Below, one piece after another: positions 28,795 through 40,817 of a DNA stretch of 53,086 nucleotides; position 1 is the stretch's first letter, and the number at the start of each line of letters is the position of its first letter. The position numbers and the translations under genes were made by a program. The DNA comes from Hyphochytrium catenoides (lineage: Eukaryota > Protista > Hyphochytriomycota), in contig FLMG01002566.1 of the NCBI GenBank assembly GCA_900088475.1, positions 1-53,086 of the forward strand, read 5' to 3'. Below the pieces are notes generated by a model. It made no database searches. It had not been told where the DNA came from and was given only the letters and a program-made list of their open reading frames with translations.

Positions 28795-30081
28795 GGTTGG
28801 TTAACTCCAAGGTATGAGAACCCTTGTCGAATAGAGGAGTGTGCTCTATCAGAACGCTTTCAGTATACGTTCCAGCTTTAATGCGAGGAGGCTGCTGTCT
28901 CATCAAGCTCCCATCTGGCTCTGCGAGGACTCAGACAGATAGATCTCCAGGCAAAGCTTCAGAACTCAGAACTCGGCACTCTCATCAAGCTTGGCGCATA
29001 GCTCAAGGATTCTGAAGACCGCTAACCGACGTGCTGTACTGGGTTCTGAATGCATCTCTTCTCTCTTCCTCTGCGGCTTTGCATGCTGAAGTCCGGCGGG
29101 GTTGAGGCTCTTCCTATGCCAATGAAGGTCTCGCCAAGAGATGTCCTAGCGTGCTCTATGGCGGCTTAGATTATATATTGAGCTCTGTGGACCCAGCCTG
29201 GTTATAGAAAAGGCTGTCAAGTCGCCTTGTCGACAACCTTCTGACCTAGCACTGCTGGTATTGGCGCAGGGAGAGACATCTCCTCACCGCCCAAGTGGAG
29301 GCCACCTGTCCTGACTGCACACATGATGGTCAGAGTGGCTCTCAAAGATTCAGAAGTGTGTAGGCTTGGTAGAACTAAGGTGGGCGCTACCTCATGGCGG
29401 AGCCTGCGTGGGAGGGAATTATGCCTGGTAGACCGTGCCACTTCTATGCCGTGGCTGCTACTGAAGAGTAACAATCCCTCATGTAGCGCTAGTTGCTCAT
29501 CACCACTGGTATCATAAGTTGCAAGCATCACCTGTGAGTCTGGGCAAAGGATCTGCTTGGATTATCTTTGTTTGCTTCGTGAAGGGGACGCTTGCCAGTT
29601 TCTTGGCCTCTCTTGACTGGTTTGCTCTCTCTTATATCTATCCTGACTCATCATCATCCGGGGCCCAAGAAGCCACCAGGTTCAGAGAGTCTAGACAGCA
29701 TGGCGCTTCATGCACCTTGACGCGCTTCGTACGACAACTTGGCTTCGGTTCTTGGAGGGCGCTACTGGCTTAGAGACTACCTGTCTGCCAGGCTGACTCT
29801 CCCAACAATAGAATAAGCATCCTCATATCGAGAGCATGAGCCGCCTAGTCATCCTCCCATCCTTCGCGCCTCCCCCAACCCCATCCTCCCGCCTTGGCGT
29901 GCAGAGTAAATATCAACAACCGCAACCTTTGAAGCGCTTAGAACTGTTAGCAATCAGAAAGGACTCGGGGCAAAGGCAGAGGTCCAAGTTGGGGATGAAC
30001 ATTATTCGATGAAGCTATTAGAAGTATGCCCCGTCGTAACGATCAATTCTAAGGGTTTGAGCCACTCAGACGGCCAATTAT

Positions 30082-32026
30082 CTAGTCAAACGGTGTTGGG
30101 GCAGGGGCTTGGGCCTGTGAACCAGGGAAGCCCATGCCGGCAGCTGGCCTGCCGCCGTTGGACTGCATCTTAGCCTCGAACGGATTGGCATGGAAAGGCT
30201 GCTGAGGCACCATTCCTTGGGGCTGCAGCGGGTAGAGCGGTCTTGACTGCATGCCCTGCATCTGCGCACCCGTGTTGAACTGGCCAAAGCTGTTATTAGG
30301 AGCAAACATCATTGGCTGCTGAGGAGTGGGAGCCATGATCGGGGCCTTTGGCATGCCGCTCAGAGAGGCCAGCCGTTTTTGCTGGTCTAAGGTGGGTCCT
30401 GCCTGCGTCTTTTTGGCGGTAGCTGCGTTCTGGTTCTTGATGTCCAGGTTGACGATGGAGGAGCTCCACAGGTCGCCTGGCGCGGCCTGAATTAATAGTC
30501 ACAAGTGCTCAGAATGCGTCACAGATTCGGGCTAATGCGAGAGCAAACTAGTGCGGAAAGCCAAGGAGGGTGGAGGTTGCGTGGGAGAGAGAGAGGTAGA
30601 CATGGCATTCATCCTACGTTTTGCGCAGCTTCGGGAGCACTGGAGGTCGCCTCCATTGGGCTAGGCTGAGCGATAGCAGGGGGCGCTGGAGGAAGAGCTG
30701 GAGAGCCAAAGTCCAAGCCTGCCAGCGAGGTGGTGATGTCCTGTTCGGCCGCGGGGGTGCTCACTGTACAACCGAGATCAGTCCCTATCTACCGCGCCAG
30801 AAGAGAAAATTCCCAGCAAAGCAGAGGCGGACAAGACAGCGAGTCCAGAGACAAATGATGTAACAAAACGCACTGAGGTTTTGAGAATGATCGCATGTCC
30901 ATTGGTGAGAGAGACACCAAGCAGGGCACAGAAGACTAGAATAGGCATACAGCCCACGGGGAGCATCACAGATTTAAAGGGAGCTACCTCTACCTGGAGC
31001 GAAGGGGTTAAATTCTGTTACAGGTCCACTTGCACTTGCAGTCGGGACTGGAGGCTGAGGAAGTGGATCGCTGGCTCCAAAGATATCAAAGGGCTCCGCT
31101 TGTTCGGCCCCTGCAGACCGTCCTGAAGCCTGTTTCTTAGGGCTCTTTGGCGCCTTAGGTCCCTTCTCTTTAGGCTTTTCTTCTGAAGGCGACGCAACAT
31201 AAGCCACGGGCCCCTCGAAAGCAATTCAATAGAAAGGATTGAAGCGAGTCGTACCATTCGCTTTCTCCTTTTCTGAAGTAGTGGCGCTCCTTGTTGATGA
31301 GGACTTAGGTGCTTCATATTTTTGCCCAATCTTCTTAGATCCTTTCTTCGGTAGCATGTTGAAGGAGATGTTGTCGATGACAAGGTCTAGGGACATACAC
31401 AAGGACAGACGGTAAAGGAGGAAGGGGTGGAAAGAAGTCATGATTAGCGAGTTAGAGGATGCATCCGGACTGCCAAGCTGCGGGATCATGAGCGTCACTT
31501 ACCATAAAAGTTCTCACTAGGGATGTTGCCTCGGATCTCAAGTCTGACTAGATGATCAGGAGGGATCTGCATGGTATAGTTCCACGTACCCACTGACACC
31601 TGGGAGTATGGGCCGGGCGTCAGCCGCAAGACAAGGCGTGACAACAACGACCCTGAAGAAAGTAACGGAATAGAGGAGCAACAACCAACGCCGAGGACTT
31701 CGGGCCATTCCTGCCATACCGATTGTGAGTCATGCAGCGTAACGCCATCCAGTGTGACGTGCTTGCGACCTGAGACCGTAGAGTGGACTAGGACGACGTT
31801 GTGATCCTTCTCATCCTCTCCAAAGCAGAATCGCCAGACACAGCGCTTCTTCGACTCAGGGACGGTCTTTCCAACGAAGGTGAACTACGGAGAGGCAAAC
31901 AGAATCAGACCTTCTAGTAGCAAACAACTCTTCAACAGGTCAGACGCCATAAACACTCCTCACCTCCTGCGAGATCTGGAACGCTCGGTTGGCGTTAGGG
32001 TTGATTGGGCGGTTGATTTTGGTCAT
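30082..32026 (-). CDS. FAIM1-like beta-domain protein with low-complexity NPF-containing tail, multi-exon (start uncertain)
   Basis: Exons splice in frame: MTKINRPINPNANRAFQISQE|FTFVGKTVPESKKRCVWRFCFGEDEKDHNVVLVHSTVSGRKHVTLDGVTLHDSQS|VSVGTWNYTMQIPDHLVRLEIRGNIPSENFY|DLVIDNISF... then FDIFG, FNPF, GLDF, DLWSSSIVNLD, ANPF, TPFD*. Confidence 0.7.
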
Positions 32027-32209
32027 CTTTCTAAAGATCTTGCACGCGACGTCTAAGTCAATGCGCGATACTTCGTCTGACAGATGCTCCGAGCAGCTAT
32101 TTGTGATCACACGGGCGGCCGATAAATCTCTTACTGGACCCAGTTTTGTCAAGAGTTTGAGCTGTCAAAGCACTTTCGATAGCTCTTGCGCGATAACCTC
32201 TTCCGCATG

Positions 32210-32310
32210 AATCTCTCTTCTCTCTCTGTCTCTGAGTGGTGTGTCTCTCTCTCTCTCCCTCTCTCTTTCTCTCCCTCTCTCCCTCTCTCTCTCTTTCTCT
32301 TTCTCTCTTC
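32210..32310. repeat. Imperfect (CT)n microsatellite
   Basis: Visible pyrimidine dinucleotide run. Confidence 0.85.
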
Positions 32311-34611
32311 CCTTGTACCCATGCACGCGTGCCAGCCTCTCCCTGCCCGCTTTGGCCTTGGTGTCTCTCTCTCGCTATCATATCAGGCCCTGTGCATGGC
32401 CGTGGCGCAAACTCTTTGGCGACGATGTGAAGATGCAGGTCCCCATCAAAATCCGTTACACGCCTAAATATATCCGAAACCATGCCGAAAGCAACAATTC
32501 ATATTGTCGTCATCCAGTACATATACGTAGTCCTTATTTTCAAAGGTTTTCTTTCGGTGACTGATTTCGTTTCGTTCGAGTGGTAGGAAGTGTAGCTTCA
32601 TCGCGGCCTCTGTGGCGGTGGAAGTGTCAGACCTCCAGCTCCATAGCGCTGTCTACCCAGCCGCGGAAGGATGGAAGAGGTTCGCTCATCTTCTTGGAGC
32701 TTTTTCTAAAGGAACCAGGGCGTCGACAGAGGCCACGTCCAGCGTATCTCCAAGCGCTTGTGTCTCCTACTTGGTCGACACCAACTCCAAGGTAGTGCAA
32801 GTTGAAGTCTAAATGTTCAGTATGTGCAGCGCTGTGAGAAAGTCTCTTTCGGGGGACTAAGGGGACGATAGCGGGCGGCATGTGCACGTTTGGTTACGCT
32901 TCCATTCTTTATATTCTAATAGCCCTGCTTACTTGAACTGCAAGCATGGCTTCCGTGATGAGTAGCACGGCTTATCTGGAAACTCCTCTCCTTGAGATGG
33001 AAACTGCAGATGAGATAAGTGAAGATTATGAATGGAATGAAGCTGAACTCAATTAGCTAAATGGCCACTTCTTAAGTACTCTAAAGCTATGTATACAAAG
33101 AATATGAAGCTACTATGGCTGGGGGAGAGAGTCGGCAATAACTGATGGTTAGTAGGGACGGCAGGTTGAGAACTTGGCTTCGTCAACTCTTAAAGGACTT
33201 TTTACGCTTCCGTAGATGGTACAAACACCTCAACGAGGCCAACCAAAGTGCCATAGCACAGTCCGCAAGCTCATCCGCAGGAAGCGCTCCAGACACATCG
33301 ACATCCGCATCACTTCATAGATAACACTGTCAGCAAGGGGCCATCTGCTCTCTTTATATACGACCTATATATATACGACGAAGGAGACACTGACTGATGG
33401 ATCAACGAAAGCATTGCTTTCACAACGTTTCAAAACATTGCAAAAGAGAGCTAAATATTTATTATTTTTATTCTCTAAGAAAGGTTGTTGAGATCTCAGT
33501 ATTCCTACTCGTTTCTCTATGCTGAGCAGAACCAAAGGTTCTCTATGGCTAGGATGTTTAGGCCTGGGCATGCTGGGGCAGCCAAAGTGCGAACTAGTAG
33601 GTAAACAAGGTGACGAAGTCCTACCTTCGCTACTCAATAGCTATTCAATGAAGTAGGATGGCTGCTGGGCTGCTGCCTTACCTAGGATTGGATCCCACTG
33701 TACCTATCCCTCTTAGCCCTTCTAGCATCGAGGCCCCAGACGTCAGCTGAGCTTGTCTTCGGCCACCAGAATCAGTGGAAAGAGTTAAATGGAGGCAGGA
33801 AGTCCTCGGGACTAACATGGTTAGAGCTCGGCCAACCTCCTCGTCTGGCTCATGTTCGTTTAGTCTAAATTTAACACAGGGAGATGACTGATGGAACATG
33901 CTAAGGGAGAGATCGGCAATAAGTCCTCGGATAGAGTGAATAGATGTAGCATTGGCGGAGGAGTATGGAGGCAGTAAGCCCAGGAAAGATATAGTATAAA
34001 GCTAATGGTAGTATCCTGAGAGCTGTCACGCTCAGCTTGCCACTGTAGCGTCACTTCTTCAGTCTTAATCGTCAGCTACGCTGACTGCGCTCCAGCTACG
34101 CTGACTGCGCTCCTCCTCCTATCTGTCTGAAAAGTCTCTCTCTTCTAAGCTTTCATCGCTCAAAGTCAAGGTGAAGATCCTTAAGTTAGTGTCCGGAGCA
34201 TCAGACTATGTAGTCACCTTCCCCCGCAAGTAAACAGCCTCTTTAGCAATTGCTGCTAGTAAGACAGAAAGACGAGAGAGATCTGCTATTCTCTTCCTCT
34301 ATCGACTTCAAGAAATCTCCTCCCGGCTTCGGGTTATCTCATGCAATCTTCTTTATTGGGAGTTTCCATCTTTATTCAATGTTTAAAGTTTCTTTGTCCC
34401 TTTGTTCTCTACGCTGTCTCAAACTCAAGTGCCCATCGGACGGACGACAAGGGAGAAGTTTTCGTGCTTGTTAGAAAACGTCTTTCCTCAGGATATTAAG
34501 GGGAGTCGTTTGAGCCCAATCGGTCAGAGATAGGATGAAGGGAAATATTTGTCCAGAGGGTACAGGAGAAGAGTGGAAGGAACCGGAGCGGGAGAGCATT
34601 CAGAGAAAGAA

Positions 34612-34616
<5 letters not shown>

Positions 34617-34687
<71 letters not shown>

Positions 34688-34696
34688 CAGAGAGAG
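34617..34696. repeat. (GA)n microsatellite within a purine-rich tract
   Basis: Visible dinucleotide run. Confidence 0.95.
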
Positions 34697-35287
34697 GTGT
34701 GGAGAAGAGTTCAGAGACAGGAGAGAGAGAGAGAGTACAGGAGAGAGGAGAACAGACACAGGGGGAGAAGAGGAAGGAACGGGGAGAGAGAAAGGAGAAG
34801 AGGAAGAGGCGAATGGCGAGGAGAGACGAGGTAAGTGAGGGCAGCAGAGAGAGAGCTCCAAACAACTCAGCCTCCAGCACAGATTCCGTAGAACAGCCAA
34901 AACAGCAATTAATGTTAATGGAAATATTCAAGACCACTGAAGTGAAAGGTTCCATTATATGTAATAACTAAGGGAAAGAAAACAAACCGAAGCTTGTAGG
35001 TTTCACGTTGAAACTTACCCATCATCGGATTGGTATGGTGCAGTAACGGTCGAGCCTCGTAACGCTTTCTTTGACAAAAGGCAGTGCATTTCTCCTCTGC
35101 CCGTCAACTCCTTTGACCTCTCGTTTGGCCTCGTTCTTTCTATATCCTCATCTCCATGGCTCATCCAATGGCACTTGAGCTGACACTGCTACTGGCTTAG
35201 GAACATCGAGTTAGAGCTTCTTCCGTTCGGCGCTTCGCCACTTTTTTGGCGTGACCAGTCTCCCAGACCTTACGCCTCAAAGGCTCG

Positions 35288-35306
35288 CAGCAGCAGCAGC
35301 AGCAGC
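35288..35306 (+). repeat. (GCA)6 trinucleotide repeat upstream of the P4-ATPase
   Basis: gcagcagcagcagcagcagc. Confidence 0.9.
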
Positions 35307-35575
35307 TCGGTTGTAGAGAGTTTGAAGAGTGGAAAGAAGTGTCCCTATCAGCTGCCACTCAGGCTGAGACTACCAGAGTAGCGAATGGAGCCCTCCCTCT
35401 TCTGGAGCCTGACACCTATTCTGGTCCTGGCCGTGAGATATGCTTTAACAATCTATGGTAAACTTTCCATGTGGATGGATTGACGACATCTCCTCAGCTC
35501 TTTCCTGACCCAACTGGGCCACCATCAACTTTTTCTTCCTTCTCTGGGAGTCCGCTTGGGACGTGAAAGGAGACG

Positions 35576-38500
35576 ATGAAAGTCAGTCCCACACCTACGG
35601 TGGAGGAGAGAAAAAAAGATGGTTCTCCACCAGTCGCGAAGATCGACGTGTCAAGAGCTCGAAAAGGAGACGCAAAGCCTGCTGGAGAAGAAGTCTATAG
35701 ACATGTCCACGCCAATGACCCAGCCAAGAACCTTGAGTTCAACTATTGCAACAATGTGGTCATCACCAGCAAGTATAACGCCGCGAACTTCCTGCCCAAG
35801 TTCCTCTTTGAAACCTTCCGGAAGATCGCCAACTTGTACTTTCTCCTTGTCTCTATCATGCAGACCATTACGCCCATCAGTAACACGGACTCGATGCCCA
35901 GTTGCCTTCCAGTTCTTCTCTTTATCGTTGCTGTTGACGCAGTTTTTGCTATCCTGGAGGATAACCGGAGGCACAAAGCCGATCGAGAGGCAAACGCGAA
36001 GAAGTGCCTAATGTTTGATCCTCTGCAGAAGTCCTTTGTATCCAAGATGTGGCGAGAGATTGCCGTTGGAGACATAGTGAAGGTGCTGAATCGAGACATC
36101 ATCCCCGCAGACATCATGATCTTGGCTGTTAGTGAGCCCCCGAATCATCCGCCATTAGGCATCTGTTACGTAGAGACGAAGTCCCTGGATGGAGAGACGA
36201 ATCTAAAGATGCGCCAAGGGCTGGAAAGCACAGTGTCATACATAAGATCTGAGGCAGATCTCGCTGAACTGAAGGGTGAAGTGGTTTGTGAGTCGCCCAA
36301 CAAGGCGATCAATAAGTTCACTGGCACTTGGAAGCCAAAGAATGGAGATCCAGAGCCTATTCCTGCACGCTCTGTCTTGCTACGGGGTTGTGTGCTACGT
36401 AACACTGACTGGACATTCGGCTTAGTGATCAACACTGGGCACGACACCAAGATAATGATGAACTCTACAACGACGCCATCCAAGCAGAGCAGCACTGACG
36501 CTTTTATTAACGGGCAGATCATGAGACTTGTCTGTCTCCTTGCCATTTCGTGTCTGGGGGGAGCTACTGGCAGCATCCTATGGAACGCTGCGAACGAGGG
36601 CGCATGGTATATGCCGGCTGCCGACCTCACCCCAGCCGTGGAGTGGCTCCGGATGGTTTTCTACTACTATCTTCTCAACTATCAGTTTATCCCTGTCTCT
36701 CTATATGTTACCATGGCTAGCGTCAAGTTCGTCCAATCTTACTTTATCAACCAGGACGTGGACATGTACCATAGCGAGACTGACACACCTGCCCTCACAC
36801 GGAATATGATCCTCAATGAAGAGTTAGGACAGATTGATTACATCTTCTCGGACAAGACTGGAACCCTTACCTGCAACATTATGGAGTTTAGGAAGTGCTC
36901 TATAGACGGCGTTGCCTATGGCAGAGGCACCACAGAGATCGGTCTTGCAGCTCTGCGAAGAGCAGGTAAACCTATTCCTCAAGAATATTTGACCAAAGAT
37001 CAAGAAGGACAAAGGATAGCCTACGTAAACTTCTACGACCCTAACCTTTGGGAGGATCTGAAAGGAAAGTCGGGCTTGCTGCATCAGCAGCGGATGGAAC
37101 AATTCTTCACTCATCTTGCTGTCTGTCACACGGTTATACCAGAGAAGCTAGAAGGCTCGGATGAGGTCATCTTTTCGGCCTCTTCTCCCGATGAGCAAGC
37201 GCTGGTCAGTGGGGCCAAGTTCTTTGGCTATGATTTCTATGGACGCTCCCCGGGCACAGCGCGGATAAAGGTCAAGGGAGAGATCGTCAACTACGCTATT
37301 CTTGACGTTTTAGAGTTCAATTCTACCCGGAAGAGAATGTCCTGCGTGGTCCGGGACCCTCAGACAGACAAGCTCTATATTTATTGCAAAGGCGCAGACG
37401 CGGTTATCCTACCGAGGCTCGACAAGTCAGATCCTGGACTCAAAGCACTCGTAGGTGCCACGTTGAAGCATATGGAGCAATTCGCACAAGATGGTCTTCG
37501 AACCTTGGCCATTGCTATGGGGGAGGTGACGGACGATTTCTATGCAGACTGGTCTAAGCGCTACAGGGAGGCGACGTCCAGTCTAGCAGAGATAGAGAAG
37601 AGAAAGAAGGATCTGCCAAACCTCATTGACTCTTGCATGGAAGAGATAGAACAGAACCTCACGTTACTAGGTGCCACAGCGATAGAAGACAAACTGCAGG
37701 AAGGAGTACCAGATGCAATCGCAACATTGGCGGCTGCAGGAATTAAGATATGGATCCTGACAGGAGACAAGCAAGAGACAGCCATCAATATCGGCTTTGC
37801 CTGTCAGTTGCTAACCACAGAGATGTCACTGGCGATAATCGAAACATCCTCCCACCCGACCAAGGAGAAGATCGCAGCCTTTTGTGACCAGCAGGTGGCA
37901 AGGGCGAAGTCTTCGAAGATTGAGTTGGGCCTGGTGATCGATGGAGAGGCGTTAGAGTTGGCGCTCCATGAAAGCTGCAAGAATCACCTACTCAACTTAG
38001 CGCAGTATTGCAAGGCAGTTGTCGCTTGCAGAGTCTCTCCCGCACAGAAAGCACAGCTAGTCCTCCTGGTCAAGGAAGCTGTTCCTGGCGTCCGTACACT
38101 AGCCATCGGCGACGGCGCTAACGACGTTGGCATGATCCAAGCAGCCCACGTAGGGATCGGCATTAGCGGTCAGGAGGGGATGCAAGCTGTCAACAGCTCT
38201 GACTACGCGATCGCCCAGTTCCGCTTCTTAAAGCGACTGCTCTTGGTGCATGGGCGGTGGAACTACGCGCGGATGTCTCTATTGGTGTGCTATATGTTCT
38301 ATAAGAATATCATCTTGGTGCTGTCCCAGTACTGGTACACCTACCTCGCGGGCTTCTCTGGACAGAAGTATTACAACGAGATTGGCCTGCAGCTCTATAA
38401 CATCTGGTACACCGCCCTGCCCATCATGGTGCTTGGCATCTATGACCGTGATGTCTCGCATAAGATGGCGCTAAACTTTCCAAAGCTCTTCATCTCAGGC

Positions 38501-39421
38501 CCTGGAGGCGTCCGCCTTTCGAAGATGATATTCTGGTCTTGGGTGGCGGCTGCTGCTTATGAGTCCGTGGTAGTGACCGTCCTCTCTACCTATCCTTACA
38601 ATGACTCATCAGAGAAGTCTGACCACATACCGGTCTGGGGCCTTGGGATGACTGGGTTTTCTCTGGTCGTTCTTGTGACCAATGCCAAGCTGCTTCTCCT
38701 CCAACAGAGCTTCTATAGTTTTCATATCATCTTCTACGTGGGCGGAATCGCACTTTTGGTGCTCACTGAAGTCTGCATCTCGCAGATATTAGCCGTCGGT
38801 GGCCTATCTTTCTATGGGGTGGTTGCTGACTTAGCAGAAAATCCAACCAGCTGGATGCTCCTACCTCTGGCCGTATGTCTGACGTTGGGCTTCGACTTCC
38901 TGCTCAAGAGCTATCGAGTGCTTTTCCATCCTTCATATACGGACATTTGCAGAGAATATGAAGCTTTAGGCTTGACAGACGAATCAAAGCTAAAGTGGGA
39001 TGGACAGAAAGAAGAGAAAATAATTGACTTCGTCTCACTAGGTACAGCTTCGCGGGAGGCTCAAGAACAAATTGCTTCAAAGGACCGAAGTCATGCGGAC
39101 CGCCAAGTAACAGAGACAGCTATTGAGGTCCTACATCCCGGAGGAGCAGACGTGTCTGTTTCGGAGGACACCGTAGCACGGTCTCCAGCCAACTCGGGAC
39201 TTCGCAAAGCCAAGACGTTGAACAGAACGGCAGGTTTCGCCTTCTCGAACGATGAAGGCACGACGAGGGCAGAATCACACTTAGCATCCCGCTCAACAGG
39301 CGCGAATAGCCTTAGACAGGTGCTCACTGACGCGCAGGACACCTTGAGGAGGGCTAGTCAAGCGCTTCAACAGCGCGCATTAACCTTGAGAAGCATGAGT
39401 GCAAGCAAACTTCAGTCATAG
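35576..39421 (+). CDS. P4-type ATPase (phospholipid flippase), 1281 aa, single coding exon
   Basis: TSKYN..FLPKFLFE, ETKSLDGETNLK, IPVSLYV, EELGQIDYIFSDKTGTLT, SPDEQALV, EFNSTRKRMS, TGDKQETA, CRVSPAQKA, IGDGANDVGMIQ, C-terminal GFAFS. Confidence 0.98.
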   Translation: MKVSPTPTVEERKKDGSPPVAKIDVSRARKGDAKPAGEEVYRHVHANDPAKNLEFNYCNNVVITSKYNAANFLPKFLFETFRKIANLYFLLVSIMQTITPISNTDSMPSCLPVLLFIVAVDAVFAILEDNRRHKADREANAKKCLMFDPLQKSFVSKMWREIAVGDIVKVLNRDIIPADIMILAVSEPPNHPPLGICYVETKSLDGETNLKMRQGLESTVSYIRSEADLAELKGEVVCESPNKAINKFTGTWKPKNGDPEPIPARSVLLRGCVLRNTDWTFGLVINTGHDTKIMMNSTTTPSKQSSTDAFINGQIMRLVCLLAISCLGGATGSILWNAANEGAWYMPAADLTPAVEWLRMVFYYYLLNYQFIPVSLYVTMASVKFVQSYFINQDVDMYHSETDTPALTRNMILNEELGQIDYIFSDKTGTLTCNIMEFRKCSIDGVAYGRGTTEIGLAALRRAGKPIPQEYLTKDQEGQRIAYVNFYDPNLWEDLKGKSGLLHQQRMEQFFTHLAVCHTVIPEKLEGSDEVIFSASSPDEQALVSGAKFFGYDFYGRSPGTARIKVKGEIVNYAILDVLEFNSTRKRMSCVVRDPQTDKLYIYCKGADAVILPRLDKSDPGLKALVGATLKHMEQFAQDGLRTLAIAMGEVTDDFYADWSKRYREATSSLAEIEKRKKDLPNLIDSCMEEIEQNLTLLGATAIEDKLQEGVPDAIATLAAAGIKIWILTGDKQETAINIGFACQLLTTEMSLAIIETSSHPTKEKIAAFCDQQVARAKSSKIELGLVIDGEALELALHESCKNHLLNLAQYCKAVVACRVSPAQKAQLVLLVKEAVPGVRTLAIGDGANDVGMIQAAHVGIGISGQEGMQAVNSSDYAIAQFRFLKRLLLVHGRWNYARMSLLVCYMFYKNIILVLSQYWYTYLAGFSGQKYYNEIGLQLYNIWYTALPIMVLGIYDRDVSHKMALNFPKLFISGPGGVRLSKMIFWSWVAAAAYESVVVTVLSTYPYNDSSEKSDHIPVWGLGMTGFSLVVLVTNAKLLLLQQSFYSFHIIFYVGGIALLVLTEVCISQILAVGGLSFYGVVADLAENPTSWMLLPLAVCLTLGFDFLLKSYRVLFHPSYTDICREYEALGLTDESKLKWDGQKEEKIIDFVSLGTASREAQEQIASKDRSHADRQVTETAIEVLHPGGADVSVSEDTVARSPANSGLRKAKTLNRTAGFAFSNDEGTTRAESHLASRSTGANSLRQVLTDAQDTLRRASQALQQRALTLRSMSASKLQS

Positions 39422-39632
39422 AGGAGGATGGGACTAATATTCTGCTAATGTAACCGAAGAATATCTTTTTCAACTTATGGGCTTGGTCAGGCTCGGTCCG
39501 TACCAAGGGTGGAACTCACCAGGGAGCATCTCACCAGGGAGCATCTCAAATGGGAGGATGGACGAAGCAGTGAAAAGACAGGAAAAGGGAGACGATAGTG
39601 ATAAGACAAAGAAAGCATGTTGCAAGAGACGG

Positions 39633-39634
<2 letters not shown>

Positions 39635-39666
<32 letters not shown>
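39635..39666. repeat. (GA)n microsatellite
   Basis: Visible run of ~16 units. Confidence 0.95.
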
Positions 39667-39668
<2 letters not shown>

Positions 39669-40513
39669 CAGAACGAGAGAAAGAAGCACTTCGGCTAACG
39701 CTGAAGAGAAGCGGGAGCACGATATTTGGCGGCGCACTGCCATTTCTATTCGACATTCATCCCACAGCGGATCTTCAGATATGATCGCGTTGAAGGCCTT
39801 GACGAGCCTATTGCCACCACCGATTTCTATCCAGAGCCAGTTCATAGAGGAGGTGATGGAGGACCGTCCGGGTGACCTCTCATAAGATGCAGGCCTGCTT
39901 AAGAGCCATGGAGTCTCCAGCTTCTCAATGTCAAAACCAATGCCCCCAATTAGCCACCGAACCGTTCTCCGCTCTCGCTAGCTCATTATGCCTTATAAAG
40001 CGCCTGACTATCTCCTCTCCGGGTTAAGCTATCAGATGCATCACCCCTCCACGCCATCGCGCCTTCAAGCCAAGGCTGGCAATATCTTCATTTCCATCGG
40101 ATTACGATCAACCCATCGCCACGGTGTCGTTAAACTAGTACGAAAGCGATGATCCGCTGATAGAGCAACAACCAAAACCCCGAAGCAGCCTTCATAAGGC
40201 AGATATGATAGTGTGAAGACCAGCGCCAGACCCTTTGTCAAAGCAACGGAGCTCCATCTCTTTTGTTATTGCCACTAACAACAATAATCTTCACTTGTGA
40301 TCTTCACTCTCCACATGCTCACTAACATACAGCACTGGAGAAGCTCGATAACTGAGGATTGAGGACTAATGTGACAGTGGTTTGGATTATCAAAGGTTGG
40401 TCGGAGAGAAAGGATTTTTGGTTTGATTTCTGGCACGCGCATCAAGAGAAACTCATAGAACCTCCTCCAAGTGTGCTCTCTCTCTCTCTTCCTCCCCTTT
40501 CTGGTACCTCTCT

Positions 40514-40568
40514 NNNNNNNNNNNNNNNNNNNNNNNNNNNNNNNNNNNNNNNNNNNNNNNNNNNNNNN
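40514..40568. other. Assembly gap flanked by (TC)n
   Basis: N run followed by a TC repeat. Confidence 0.99.
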
Positions 40569-40600
<32 letters not shown>

Positions 40601-40817
40601 TCCCTCTCCCTCTCTTGATAGCAGTTCCTCACCGTCCTCAGCCTGCTTCTGATTGACGCCGTCCTCTTTCTCATTCTGATGAGACGGAGATCCTTTTCTA
40701 TTGAAGCTTCTACGTCAAGATCAAGCGGAAGATCAGAAGCTGAGATCTGCTTTGCCCGCCTGGGATCCGATATAGCCTCGCAACAGCTGTCTACCCAGAC
40801 GTCACGGCTTCTTCCTG

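Noticed and set aside
29217-29531. 104-aa minus-strand ORF preceded by an acceptor-like CAG
   Set aside because: No recognisable motif and no connectable upstream exon.
32560-34100. Short ORFs between the FAIM-like gene and the flippase
   Set aside because: No domain motifs or consistent splicing; may be old TE debris but unsupported.
34496-34971. Overlapping ORFs rich in ER or SL/LS
   Set aside because: Translation of a GA/CT microsatellite; same for 27874-28393, 32097-32564, 39477-39885 and 51458-51795.
35619-39342. Alternative-frame and antisense ORFs inside the P4-ATPase
   Set aside because: Shadow ORFs of a long coding sequence with no motifs.
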